A DNA stretch of 64,000 nucleotides from Pseudovirgaria hyperparasitica (lineage: Eukaryota), in the NCBI GenBank assembly GCA_010093815.1, contig ML996580.1. One strand, written 5' to 3'. Made by a program: the position numbers and the translations under genes. The notes under the pieces are model-generated. The model saw only the letters and a list, made by a program, of their open reading frames with translations, made no database searches and was not told the DNA's origin. This document shows positions 1 through 12,371 of the stretch, one piece after another; within the stretch, counting starts at the first letter, position 1; the number at the start of each line of letters is the position of its first letter.

Positions 1-70
1 TATGCCACTTATTGGAAGTGCTTGGATCAAGATGCATGGATTCATTTGATGGATCCTCGTTCTCTCATTT

Positions 71-1183
71 CTACCCTATATTCAACGTGTTTCCACTTCC
101 CCTTGGGTTGTCTTCCTTGAACTCATCCCACTGTCTGGCTTTCATTGTCTCTGCATCTGCCTTGTCTAGGTCATCCTCGTCTGGCTCAGGTCTGTACTCG
201 CTCTGAGGCCCCCCTCCTTCGATCATCCCCCCTCTTCGCTTCTCTTCCTCCAAGTACTCATCAATCGTCATTGTTGGCAGACTGTGGTCCGGCCGGAATA
301 CACCATCCTGCAGTCTTTGCCTCTTGTCCAAAAGTGTGAATGGTCTCATCGGTTTACCGTCTTTTGACAGGATTGGTCCAGTCAAACCCGCCAGAGGTCG
401 GCGAAGATCTGTGTCTAAACGCTCTGAGAACGCATTGTGATCATCATTGCGTTCGCGTGGGTCATCTGATGTCTGTCCAGGTTGAGTTGGAGCTTGTGGT
501 GCACGTTTGAGGATTTGTAGCTCTTGTCCAATGGATTCAAGGCTCTGAAAAGTTTGGTGCACATGGAAAGCTATCTGAGTAAGTTGCAATTTTCGAAGCG
601 CATCGTCATCGTTCTCCAGTGCTGTCGGATTTTGCCTCAGAAGTTGTAACTTGCTTTTCAACTCTTTTTCTTCTCGAAATCGAGCTATCTTCGCTTCACG
701 ACGTTTTGCAGCATCGGATGGGGCAGGCGAGAATGTTAATGGTGAATCTTGATACTGCTCGTAAAGCTTTGAGTCAGACTTAGACAGCATATCATAGTTG
801 TCCAGAAGCTTTAGGAACTTGTCGTACGAGGTTTGAGCGCGGCATAAGTAAGACACACGATTACCACCTGTGATTTTCTGGACAAGGTCTGCGAGATGGT
901 AATGTATATTGAGGTATCTAATGTATATATCAGTCACGTGCAATCGGATAATGACGGTGAGCACGTACTGTAGGTCTCCGGACGAAATATCTTCTAAGGA
1001 CTCATTCGGGCTGAATAACGATACTCGTTCGACGGCTTCGAGACACTCTTCATATGTGTCGATGGTGATTGAAAGGTTTTCTTGAAAAGTGGCGGAATTT
1101 GTGTCCCACGTCGACTCTAGATCTCTGCTTTTGGCTTGAGCTTCCGCAAACAGCCCACGCAGGTTTTGTGATCGATCTCCCAT
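71..1183 (-). CDS. TAP42: TAP42/alpha4-like PP2A-associated protein
   Basis: Motifs SLFSPNESLEDIS, RREAKIARFR, LPTMTIDEYLEEE and ARQWDEFKEDNPRGSGN. Predicted 51-nt in-frame intron 918-968 (GTACGT...TAG). Confidence 0.92.
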   Translation of the reverse strand: MGDRSQNLRGLFAEAQAKSRDLESTWDTNSATFQENLSITIDTYEECLEAVERVSLFSPNESLEDISSGDLQYVLTVIIRLHVTDIYIRYLNIHYHLADLVQKITGGNRVSYLCRAQTSYDKFLKLLDNYDMLSKSDSKLYEQYQDSPLTFSPAPSDAAKRREAKIARFREEKELKSKLQLLRQNPTALENDDDALRKLQLTQIAFHVHQTFQSLESIGQELQILKRAPQAPTQPGQTSDDPRERNDDHNAFSERLDTDLRRPLAGLTGPILSKDGKPMRPFTLLDKRQRLQDGVFRPDHSLPTMTIDEYLEEEKRRGGMIEGGGPQSEYRPEPDEDDLDKADAETMKARQWDEFKEDNPRGSGNTLNIG

Positions 1184-1606
1184 CTTTTAACCTCTTGTTG
1201 CAAAGCTCAAGCCGATGTAGTTTGGGTATTTGACGGGTTCTTTAGGCAGACGTGAAGGATCGTGAGTTGATGGCAAGAGTTAAGAGGAAGCGCCTCGTAC
1301 CGCAGCCTACCTATGGCGTGCGTTGTATTCAGCACGTACCCGGCAACACAAACACATTGCTCTCTTTCACCCGCCCTGCAATGAACTATAGGTATCAAAC
1401 TCTCCGTCAACCCTACAAGTAACAATTCATGCTCACGGGAAGATGCCCCTTTCAAATGACAGTAGACACTTCAACTAGACAGACTCGTCCTGTCTTTACG
1501 TGCACGCGCATGCAAAGCACCATCAATCCTCAGTTCATAACGTGCACTGACTATCAACCTCTTGACGTTTGTCATTGGCATTAACAAGTATTCGTCCTTG
1601 AACATC

Positions 1607-4600
1607 ATGTCCACCGATCAGTCTAGTTCCTTTGAGTCTGGGCGACATACTGTGGAGAACACCGCATTATCAATCGCACATGTTCAGAATGCAACTGAGG
1701 GGCTATCAGAACTCGACAGTAACCAAGGTGGCGACTCTGACGATGACGATGTTGTGGAAAAACACAGCAGCAATGACAATGAAACACCTACCATCTCCGA
1801 GAAGCGCAGGATCGAGAACGCTGTGTTGAAGGAATACGCGGAAAAACTATGCGCCCGAAAGACCAAAACACAGATCAAGGAAGTCCTTAAAACAGAGAAA
1901 GATGAGTCACTATCTATTCGCGAGCTTCTCGCAAAACAAGAGACAAGTAAGCGAATCGAGACTCCTAGGGACTACCAGAATGAATTGTTCGAAAAGGCCA
2001 AGGAGCAGAACATAATTGCCGTATTAGATACAGGCTCAGGCAAGACACACATCGCAACACTGCTCCTTCGCTGGATCCTTGACAAGGAGCTTGCGGACCG
2101 TGAGGCAGGCTCTCCATACAAAACTGCTTTCTTCCTCGTCAATTCCGTCAACCTTGTCTTTCAACAGAGTGACTATTTACAGTGCAATCTCGACAGATCA
2201 ATCGAGGGCATCTGCGGTGCTAACTCTTGCTCACTTTGGAGCCGCGCAACATGGGAAGTCAAGCTCAAGAAGAATGATGTTATAGTTTGTACAGCTGAGG
2301 TCCTAAATCACTGCCTCATGCACTCCTTCATCACGATGGACCGCATTAATCTTCTGATCTTTGACGAGGCTCATCATGCTAAGCCAGGAGCGAATCACCC
2401 CTATGCAGTGTGAGTCCGTTCCTAGGCTTGTGGTGTAATTGATGCTTGCTAAATGCTAGTAAAGCATAATGAAGGAGTACTACATGAAGCTACTTGACAT
2501 CACAAAGCGACCCAGGATATTCGGCATGACAGCCTCCCCCGTTGATGCAAACAACGACATCGAGGGAGCTGCGCAGTGAGTTGTCGAAGAATTGAACATG
2601 TTTCTTTTTTTCGCTGACGATATCAAGGGACCTAGAAAGCTTACTGAATTGTCAGATTGCGACTGCATCTAATCTCGACTTGGTACGCAACTCTATACAC
2701 AAACCCAAGGAGGAAGTCGTTAGGTACAAGCGATTGCGTCCACCTTTTGAGACGGCCTTTCACCAGAAACTAAAGGAGATGTACGGTGGGTCCAAGAGCT
2801 TCGAGAAACTCTCTCGCACTGCCAAGGAGTTAAGTTCCCAACTGGGTAGCTGGTGTTCCGACATCTACTGGCAATTTGCCTTTGAAGAAGAAGAAGCTCG
2901 GAAGCGCGAGAATCGTAAGGAGAGGGAGTTCTCGGCTCGGAAAGGTGACCGTGTTATGGCTGAGCTGGACACCGAAATCTCAAAGCTTAAGGCTGCTTCC
3001 GAAATGGTAACCGGGCGAGACTTTGGTATTCCTGCAGCCAATGAAAACTACCTGAGCTCGAAGGTAATCGTCCTCCATGAATGGCTTCAGAGTTACTTCG
3101 AACGAGAAACTACTAGTCGGTGCATCGTCTTCGTTGAGAGACGTGCTACTGCTCGCTTGTTGCACCTGCTTTTCGGAACCATCGGGGGCGAATATCTCAG
3201 GGTTGGACGTCTCGTGGGAAATGGGAGTGGGAAGAAAGGCGAAATTCAAGCTGCTTCTTCAACACGGGAGCAGTTCTTGACTATTTCCAGATTCCGGAGA
3301 GGAGAACTGAACTGTCTTTTCGCTACATCAGTTGCAGAGGAAGGTCTCGATATTCCAGATTGTAACTTGATTGTGCGCTTCGACCTTTACAAGACCATGA
3401 TCGGGTATGTCCAATCGCGTGGTAGGGCTCGTCGCAACAACTCGGTGTTTCTGCACATGGTCGAGCACGGAAACTATACTCAGGTTGAAACAGTCCTTCA
3501 GAGCCGACAGTACGAAGAAATAATGCGGAGATTCTGCGAATCGTTACCGGAAGACCGCTTGCTAGACAGAAAGAGTGAGAATCTCGAGGCCGCCCTGAGC
3601 GAGGAGCGAGGGCTGCGCTCATACACAGATGCTAAGAGTGGTGCTCGATTGACATATCGCCTTAGTCTCGCTGTTCTTGCACACTTCGTTGACTGTCTCC
3701 CGAAACAGGGTGAGATGGATGTTGAAGCACAGCCAATCTACACTACCTTCAGCACCGGGGGTAAGTACCGGTGCGAGGTCGTCTTACCTGCGCACTCTCC
3801 CGTCTCGTCGGCCACCGGACGGCTGTACTCTAGAAAGATTACTGCACGATGCTCCGCTGCATTTGAGGCCTGCATCATGCTTCGCCAAAAGATGTTTTTG
3901 GATGAATGTCTACTGCCGATATATGCCAAGGTTCTTCCAGCTATGCGAAATGCGAAGTTGGCGCTCGATATGAACAGTAAGAACTTGTACCCCATCAAAA
4001 TGAAGCCCGACTTCTGGGCTCATGGTCGGGGTCAGGTACCTACCACTGCTTATCTTACTTTGCTGGACGTTTCGGACGGTCTGGACAGACCTCATAGTCC
4101 TCTGGGCTTGCTGACACGCAAACCTTTACCTTCTTTCCCCAGGTTCCCCATCTTTATGGACGATGGGAAGAGAACAGATGTGATATCTGTGTCTGTATTA
4201 GAAGGTATTAGCATTACCGAAGATGATGCCGAAGGCCTGACTGCATTTACTCTGCGGGTATATTCTGATTTATTTGCGAAGACGTTTGAACACGATACAG
4301 CAAAAATGTCGTATTGGCTAGCACCACTCGGACTCACTAGTGAACAGATAAGTGCCGGTAACTTATCTGGTGATCTGATCGACTGGGGCCTGATTCACCA
4401 AACAGTCCGCCAGCAGTCTTTGGAATGGAAAGAAGACATGCCGAATGAATTTCTGAGTGACCGATTCCTTGTGGATGTTTGGGATGGTGGTAGACGATAT
4501 TATTCGCTTGAAGTCGCGCCGGAATACCAGGCCCAGGATGTGGTTGAACAAGTTAAGAAAGGGGCTAAGAAGGTACAACAGCGAGTCATAGACTACACCG

Positions 4601-6486
4601 TGAGCCTTTTCAACAAATCTGCGGCGTATCATAGGGATCGATGGAACATGAATCAACCGGTGCTGAGAGTCGAAAGAACATCTTTCCGAAGAAATCTATT
4701 GGCGCCCCCGGAAGCCAAAGAAAGAGACCCTGAAAAGCAGGTCTACGTATGTCCTGAACCGCTTCGTATCTCAATAATCCCACCAGAGACAGCAGTCTTC
4801 TGTTATGCCTTCCCAGCAATAATCCATCGACTTGAGTCATATCTCGTGGCACTTGAGGCTACTCAGATACTAGGACTCGATATCGGGCCCGAGTTTGCTC
4901 TTGAAGCCATGACCAAAGACTCGGACAACACAGACGAACACGAAAATGTGCAAAACAATTTCAGACGTGGGATGGGTAGTAACTATGAACGACTGGAGTT
5001 TATTGGCGACTGCTTTCTGAAGATGGCGGCTTCTATCGCCCTATATGTTCAGAAGCCCGAGGATAACGAGTTCTTTCAGCATTGCGAGCGGATGACCATG
5101 ACTTCCAACAAGAACTTGTTCGAGACAGCTATCAGACTAAGGCTCCCAGAGCACGTTCGCAGTTTCGCCTTCTCTCGACGCCTGTGGTACCCTGATAGTA
5201 TCACTCTGCTAGGAGGAAAGGGACACAAAGCCAAAGATGGTGAGGGGCCACAGATACAGAAGCATTCACTTGGAGACAAGACTGTCGCCGACGTCTGCGA
5301 AGCCTTCATCGGCGCTGCCTATATGCAACACAACGACCCCAACCATTGGGTGGGCAAGCACTGGGACAATGCCGTCAAAGCAGTGACAGCCCTAGTGTCA
5401 TCGGACATACATGCGCAAACCTGCTGGGCCGACTACTTCGCCAGCTACAAAGTCCCCCCTTGGCAGATCTGCGAAGTGCGTCCCCAGCAAAGTGCCATGG
5501 CCGCCGCGATCGAATCTAAACACCCGTACCACTTCAACTACCCACGCCTGCTACGCTCTGCCTTCATGCACGCCTCCTATGGCACCGCCATCGAGCGCAT
5601 CCCCTCCTATGAACGCCTCGAATTCCTCGGCGACTCCCTCCTCGACATGGTCTTCATCAACGACATCTTCTACCGCTTCCCGCACGCCGACCCGCAATGG
5701 CTCACCGAGCACAAAATGCCCATGGTCTCCAACAAATTCCTCGCAGCCCTGTGCGTGCGCCTGCGCTTCTACCCACATATCAAGCGTAATGCCGCAAAAC
5801 TCGACTCCAACATCAAGGAGTGGGTCGATGAAATCACCGAGCTGGAGCGCGCGTCCAAGGGCGAGCCAGACTACTGGACTGCCGCAAAGGAGCCACCCAA
5901 GGCCCTCGCCGACGTTGTCGAGGCGTTTGTCGGCGCCCTCTTTGTCGATAGCGGCTTCGATTTCAGTCAAGTTCAGCGGTTCTACGACTTGCACGTCAAG
6001 TGGTTCTTCGCTGACATGAGTGTCTACGACGCTTTTGCTAACAACCACCCTACCACCCGGCTGCAGAATCTCCTCAGCGTCAATCTCGGATGCCGCGAGT
6101 ATCGTATCGCGACTAGGCCCCTGGAAAGCGTGTTGCCGGGCGCGAAACCGACGGTGCTGGCGATGGTCATGGTGCATGGGCGGGTTATTGCGCATCATGA
6201 GGCGGAGAGCGGGCGCTATGGGCGTGTGAAGGTGAGTACGAAGGCATTGGATCGATTGGATGGCTTGCCGCCGTTTGAGTTTCGGGCGTTGTATGGCTGT
6301 GATTGTGTGCACCAGGAGGAAGAGGACATAGTTGAGATGGAGACTTTGAAGGCTGGGAAGGTTGAGGAGTTGTTGCAAACGCAAGGCAATGCAGTGAATG
6401 AGATGAGTGATGGGCCAGGAGAGAAGTTGGGCGTTGATGTTGTCGTTACGGAGGACGTTATGATGGAGGACATAGTTGTTACATGA
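1607..6486 (+). CDS. dcl1: Dicer-like protein 1 (helicase, Dicer dsRBD, PAZ-like region, two RNase III domains, C-terminal dsRBD)
   Basis: Helicase motifs DTGSGKT, DEAHH, GMTASP and SVAEEGLD. RNase III signatures ERLEFIGD...DVCE and ERLEFLGD...DVVE. Two introns near 2410-2464 and 2576-2627 join the ORFs. Confidence 0.95.
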
Positions 6487-6740
6487 CTGGCGTTGGGTTT
6501 AGAACATATGCGGGCATTCAGCGAAGACGGCGTTTCTGTCTAGGTGAATCCCCTTGACGAGTATCTTTGAATAGCGTTCGGACATTGGGAATTGCATGAA
6601 GACCATATGGACGAGATCGACGACAGCATCGAAGCAAACTTCGGTGGTCAGTCGAGAGATAGACACTGAAATCGTAGAAATTATAATCATAGGTATCCAC
6701 TCATCTCATCATCATGTATCGGTGATCCAGCACTTCATAT

Positions 6741-8599
6741 TTACGAACCCCTCATTCCAAGCCCGACCAACTCGAAGAAGAACGGATTGCCTTCGACGGC
6801 GAGCCACCCGATCCCGGAGTATATGATCAGCTTTGTCACAACCTCGACATCATATCTCACACGAGGTCGCTCCAGCCTATCGAACATCTCCCTGTCCTCC
6901 CTTTCTTCTTCCTCTTCGAGAGGATTGATTCGCTCACCCATGGGTGTTTCCACGGCGATATCGATTTTGCTAATATCGCCAGTACCCATTGCTTTCTCGT
7001 GTTCGTTCAAGCGATCGGCCATTTGAGGAGCAAGGATGTCGATCTTGAGGGGTCGATTCGGGTTGCTGGAGGTTGCTGATGAGTGTGATTCATCAGTGGT
7101 GTTGCGGCTCTTAGGACCAGGGCTTGTTGCTCGGTCAGAGTCCATGGACTCACGTCGTTTACGCTGGCGGTAGGCGAGAGTTTCGTAAGCATCCGCGGCT
7201 GACTGTGGCCCAACGGAAATCGCGCGTTTGCGTGGATGTCGGAGAGTAGTGAAAAGGCGAGGAAGGTCGGAGGCGGGCGGGATGACGTTGTCGTCTTTGC
7301 GAAGATTGGGCACGCTTGTGTACTGCCTGTGCAAGTGTTAACAATAAATTTTTAATAGAGAGTGAAGATTGGACGTACGAGGCTTGAAGGAAGAATCGTC
7401 TTGGAAGATTGAGCTCGGCACTTTCGATAACACGAAATACGGGCGGAAGTATCTTGAGGAGTGTAGGCTTCATTGTGCCTCTCCAAGCAAATATGACCAA
7501 AACGCCAATAACCAAGCGTATAAAGCTATACAACCAGCCGACGCTTTGTAGATCGTACGGAACTGTACCAGGAATAGGACTATCGGTAGAGTAAGAGGTC
7601 TGGGAATAGTGCCACATCCCAATCTGACATCCGATGACCGTTCCTGCGAAAGAAACGCTATCATCAAAGCACGGGCAGTCATCTGCTGGCTCTGGGTGTA
7701 TTCGAACGAGAACTAGAATGATCAGGACTGCGATCAGAGGGTTGATATAATGGTCCTGGGTTATCCATAAATCAAACCAGTCTCCAAAGATGATCTGGAA
7801 TAATCCAATCAAAGCGCCGAGTATGCTGCCGATAACGACATCGAAGAAGCCATGCATACCACAATACAGGCGCCCGACCACGATCGAAAGTCCATAGAAA
7901 CAGAAAAGGCCCTGGAAGACGAGATATAGTGTGCTATTTTCGCCAGTAGTGCTTTGTCGAAGCCCGTGTATAGCGCACACTGCCACGGATATGGCGTTTG
8001 TCGAATGCGTTGAAGGAAACCCATACTCCAGCGCAGCGGATCCCGACATGGTAATTCTTTGTAGCGGAGGTGACAAAGGTCTAGGGAGACATAGCATGTC
8101 TTTGACGAATCCACTCCAAAAGACTCCAGCTGCGAGAACGTTCACCATTCTGAGATACGAGATTAACCACATATCAGCCATGCCTTCTGTTTCCACTTAC
8201 GCTCTTCCTATGCTCGTATAGCCACACCAGAATAGAATGGGCAACATGATCATGAAGAAAGTGTGTGTGCCTAGATTGGCCGTAAAGGCAAAGTACGAGT
8301 CGAGCGCAGGAGTACGATATTTCTCTTGCATACAGGCTAGGTATGGAGTTTCGGCGCGTACGATGGGAATGAGGAATTGTCGCACAGCATGCCGCCATTT
8401 TGGGAGTTTGTTTGCGTCTATAGAGCCATAGTATCAGTTAAGTTCTTTACATTTGCGCGCCCTAGAACAGTATTACAGAAGGCTTACAGTGGTTCACATC
8501 GCGCATTCCCGCGTCGGGCTTGTTCATGGCGGCTGGAGGGAGAACTGGCGCTCTATAGATACCCAGGCTCTCAGCGCTCCCATCTTTGAGGTCAATCAT
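6741..8599 (-). CDS. LCB3: PAP2-family long-chain-base (dihydrosphingosine) phosphate phosphatase
   Basis: KDMLCLPRP, EYGFPSTHS and GRLYCGMH PAP2 motifs, plus PADDCPCFDDS and RVRYDVEVVTK. Three introns. The start could instead be the downstream MNKPDAG. Confidence 0.88.
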
Positions 8600-9149
8600 G
8601 AATGCATAGGAGTGGAGGAAGACATAGGAGGCCTCAAGTCGGTTGTATGCGGGCGAGTGAAAGGTTTCATACGTATGAGATAGAGAGTGACAATCCCTGA
8701 CCAGCATTGGTTCCTCCCTCACTTACTAGGCACGTCTGGGTTGCGGCCTGAGGACAAAACATTCTTGGTGGCTTGTGGCTGAAGATGCGCTAGTGTAGCG
8801 GGGGTTTCCGGGGGAAGGCGCGACTGGACCGCGAGGTTGGGCTGTTGCTGGGGAGATGCACCCACCAAACAAATGCGTCACCCGAAGCCGCAGCCTGTGT
8901 CTGTAATTCAGGTAGAAGTTCACTACTGCGTCCACCCAGGTCGTCTGCTTCCAGTTCCACTTTCCTCCCAAGCACTTAACTCTCCAATTCCTCCGACCCT
9001 CTCTTGTACAACTGAGATTCATTGTGCATTCTTATATACTTGCTAGCACGCCGTCAGTTCACATCAGACGGCGCCTGTTGACACGTATAAATCCGAGCAA
9101 GCCTTCGTCGCTACACTTCCACCTGTACTTACGACTCGATTATACCAAA

Positions 9150-10072
9150 ATGGCTGCTCAGGCTGTCCAGAACTACGACTACCTTCGACGGAAAGATTCG
9201 CAACGACAAGGCCCTTCTTCACTCTCGCGCAAGCCCATCAGAACCCCAAGCGAAAGAGTCAGCAATGGCACGGTCAATTCATCCACAAGCGCGTCCACCG
9301 GCAGAGACTCTGCTGGTACTCAAATCACAGAACCCGCTCAACAACCGCCAAAGTACCATAAGAAATTCGTCGTTGTCGGTGATGGTGGCTGTGGAAAGAC
9401 GTGCCTTCTCATCAGTTATAGTCAAGGTTACTTCCCAGAGGTAAGGCAGAATGTCGCCGCAGATCAGCACGCAAAGACTCACCAACAATACAGAAATATG
9501 TACCGACTGTTTTCGAGAATTACATAACACAGACTCCACATTCCCCAACTGGTGAAATGGTTGAGCTTGCTCTGTGGGATACCGCCGGACAGGAAGAATA
9601 CGACCGTCTTCGTCCGCTCTCCTACCCCGAGACCGATCTCTTGTTCGTCTGCTTTGCGATCGATTGCCCGAATTCTCTCGAGAATGTCATGGATAAGGTA
9701 TTAATAATCATTATGCTTATGCGTCGACGTGCTAACAGGAGATAGTGGTATCCCGAAGTCCTCCACTTTTGTCCCACCACACCCATCATACTCGTCGGCC
9801 TCAAATCTGATCTCCGCTTCAAGAAAAACTGCATCGACTTACTACGAACCCAAGGACTCACTCCGGTCACTCCAGAACAAGGCCGTGGAGTAGCGCAAAA
9901 GATGGGCGCGTTATATATGGAGTGTAGCAGCAAAGAGATGCGTGGTGTGGAGGAGATTTTTGACACAGCCATCAACCTCTCCATTGGAGAAGACAAAGGG
10001 GGCGATCAAGGTGGACTCGTCGTACCTTCTGGATTCAAGAAGCCCAAGAGGTCGAAGTGCAAGATTCTATGA
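9150..10072 (+). CDS. rho4: Rho-family GTPase, Rho4 type with N-terminal extension
   Basis: [39 protein letters not shown] and C-terminal CaaX CKIL. Two introns. Confidence 0.9.
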
Positions 10073-10478
10073 ACCGAATCATATCTGTACTGCATTATTT
10101 CTTCGACAGCGTCTTGGGGCATCCGCAGGCCGGCCCGTCACGGTACATGGAACGACATCTCAAGTATCCAACTCTTTCTTCTGTTTGCATAATAGCCACG
10201 GAATTTTTCTCTTGGGGCGGGCATACAACATCGGCGTTCATAGGGGCTCAGAAAGGCGAGGATTGAACATGTGAGCGACGACCAATCGACATGAACATTC
10301 TCCTTCTTGCTTCATTTCATGTGGCGTTCTATACAGAATAACGACTTTGACTTAATATCGTTCCACCTTTACCGTAATACCTCGTTCTCTGTCTCGCCCC
10401 TGTGTAGTCACTGCTTATATGGGGTATCATAAACCAATACGCCTGACCCTATTTTGCTAAACACGCCTCATTCATTCA

Positions 10479-10896
10479 TCACTTCTCCTCGGTGCCCACC
10501 GTGATCTCCGTCTCCTCTTCACTCCCACTATCTTGCTGCTGCTGTTGCCTCGCTGCTTCTTCAGGATCTTTGTGCATGACGTTCTCAAATTGCGACCACA
10601 GAGCTTCAACAGAACTGAATTCAGTGCCGACCTGCAAGATACCGGGGTTCCAAGTCAGTTCCGTGTGTTCCTGTAGAATATAGAATGTTGCGGCCCGCGC
10701 TCGCGCCCTAATTCGGATCAGGAAAGACGTACGGCTATCAATTGCTCCAAGTTGCGGTTTAGCTTGTTCATGTTTGCGAGGACGTGTTCGAGGGACTTGG
10801 ATGGTGTTAGTTTGGGGGGGTTGAGGGGGGTGGGGGATGGTGGAGGGGAGAGAGATGTACTTGGGCGACTTCGCCGACGAGCTCGTCGCGTTGTTG
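10479..10896 (-). CDS. DAD1: DASH/Dam1 complex subunit Dad1
   Basis: The spliced product reads ...[37 protein letters not shown]...[19 protein letters not shown]. Introns about 10796-10860 and about 10632-10732. Confidence 0.88.
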
Positions 10897-11190
10897 CTCG
10901 AAGTAGGTACGCTGGTCGGATGGCGCGCTTGTTGAGGCGGTGTGTTGGTGGGACATGGTTGCTTGCGTGGTGTTTCTGACGGAGAGGAGTGCTCAGTGGT
11001 GGTGGTGCTGTGTTGTGTTGTGCTGGTTTTGGATGGTTTGATCATTGATGAGGCCTATTATAGGACAGGGTCGCAATGTGGATGTCATGGTCTCAATTTC
11101 ACGCGCGTGGTATGATATATACGCGCTCTGGACGACTTCCAAATATAATGCGGGTCTAATCATCTATGCCCAACTCACACAAAGGCCTTT

Positions 11191-12124
11191 TCACCCCTCG
11201 ACCAAGAACCTCAGAAACGCCTGCGCAACGACAACCCCATCCTGCGCATCTGCCACACGCCGCATTGAATCCGCATACAGTTCATCGTCGAAGATCTTCT
11301 GCGCGTGCCTCGTCTCGCACAGCTCCTCCATAATCTCCTGCGTGAACTCCGGGTGGCCCTGCACGGTGAGCAGCCTGTTCTGGGCGTACATGCCTTGTAC
11401 GTCACAGCGGGGCGAGTGGCCGAGGGCTTCGACGCCGGGTGGGTAGGCGTAGACAATGTCGCGGTGCATTTGGTGGATGTTCTGTGCGATTGTTAGTATC
11501 TCGTCCTGGAGTGGAGGGGAAGATAGAGTAGACGAGGAAGAGGGCATGTAGAAGGAACGTACGATGATGTCTTTTTTGAACAGCTCTTTGCCCTTGGGTG
11601 TTAGTGTCATGGGCAAGACAGACGTCTCCCAGCCGGCATTGCTTCTGTCGACTTTGACGCCCAGGGCGCGGCCGACGATCTGGTGCCCGAAACACACGCC
11701 GATGATGCGGACGCGGGTCTGGGCGAGAATATCCTGTGTGAATTGTACAAGCTTGGTGATCCAAGGATCGTTGTCGAACGAGTTGAAGCCTGTGTAGGAG
11801 AAGTTTAGCTTGATGGACTGTTCAACGTGATACTGATATATTGCAACGTGACACAATGTAGAAGGCAGGACCGGGGTCCTACATACGCGAGCCAGTGATC
11901 AATATCGCATCTATATCCTCGATGTTTGGGTATTCCATCTTCTCCTGAACGTGGAACTTTGTGACGTGCAAATCATCCGCGTTCACGAAGTCTGGTGTGT
12001 GCATTTCGGTCGCAGCGACTTTGAGCAGACGCTCGAAGATATTACCGTAGCCGCCATGTCTTGCCTTGATCTTGTCCAGCGGCGTGTCGCACTCTAGCAC
12101 GGCAATCCGAATTGGTTTCTGCAT
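11191..12124 (-). CDS. Class I glutamine amidotransferase-like protein
   Basis: ILITGS, GVCFGHQ (catalytic Cys) and QGHPEF (His-Glu). Two introns, the second (11482-11562) in frame. Confidence 0.88.
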
Positions 12125-12371
12125 CCTGAACAGTTGATGAGCGAAGAGTGGGCCAATCTCGCAGTTTACTGATAATGATAATCCATGGTGGTGCGCCACC
12201 CGAAGTCGCGGCACCAGCCACAGATGAAGCCGGAGCGGCAGCGGGGCTCCTTAAAATGATGCAGAAGATCACGACTCGGTGTTTTGGTTTCTGAATCCTG
12301 GTGAGACATTTCTTATAATTCGTCGCGTCTACAGCAATTGCTCTTATCATGAGCAATCTGCAACAACGACA

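Noticed and set aside
5411..6384. Long overlapping and antisense ORFs (202 and 277 aa) inside the Dicer 3' end
   Set aside because: Explained by strong third-position C/G bias, with no recognisable domains. The same applies to shadow ORFs in the other skewed patches.
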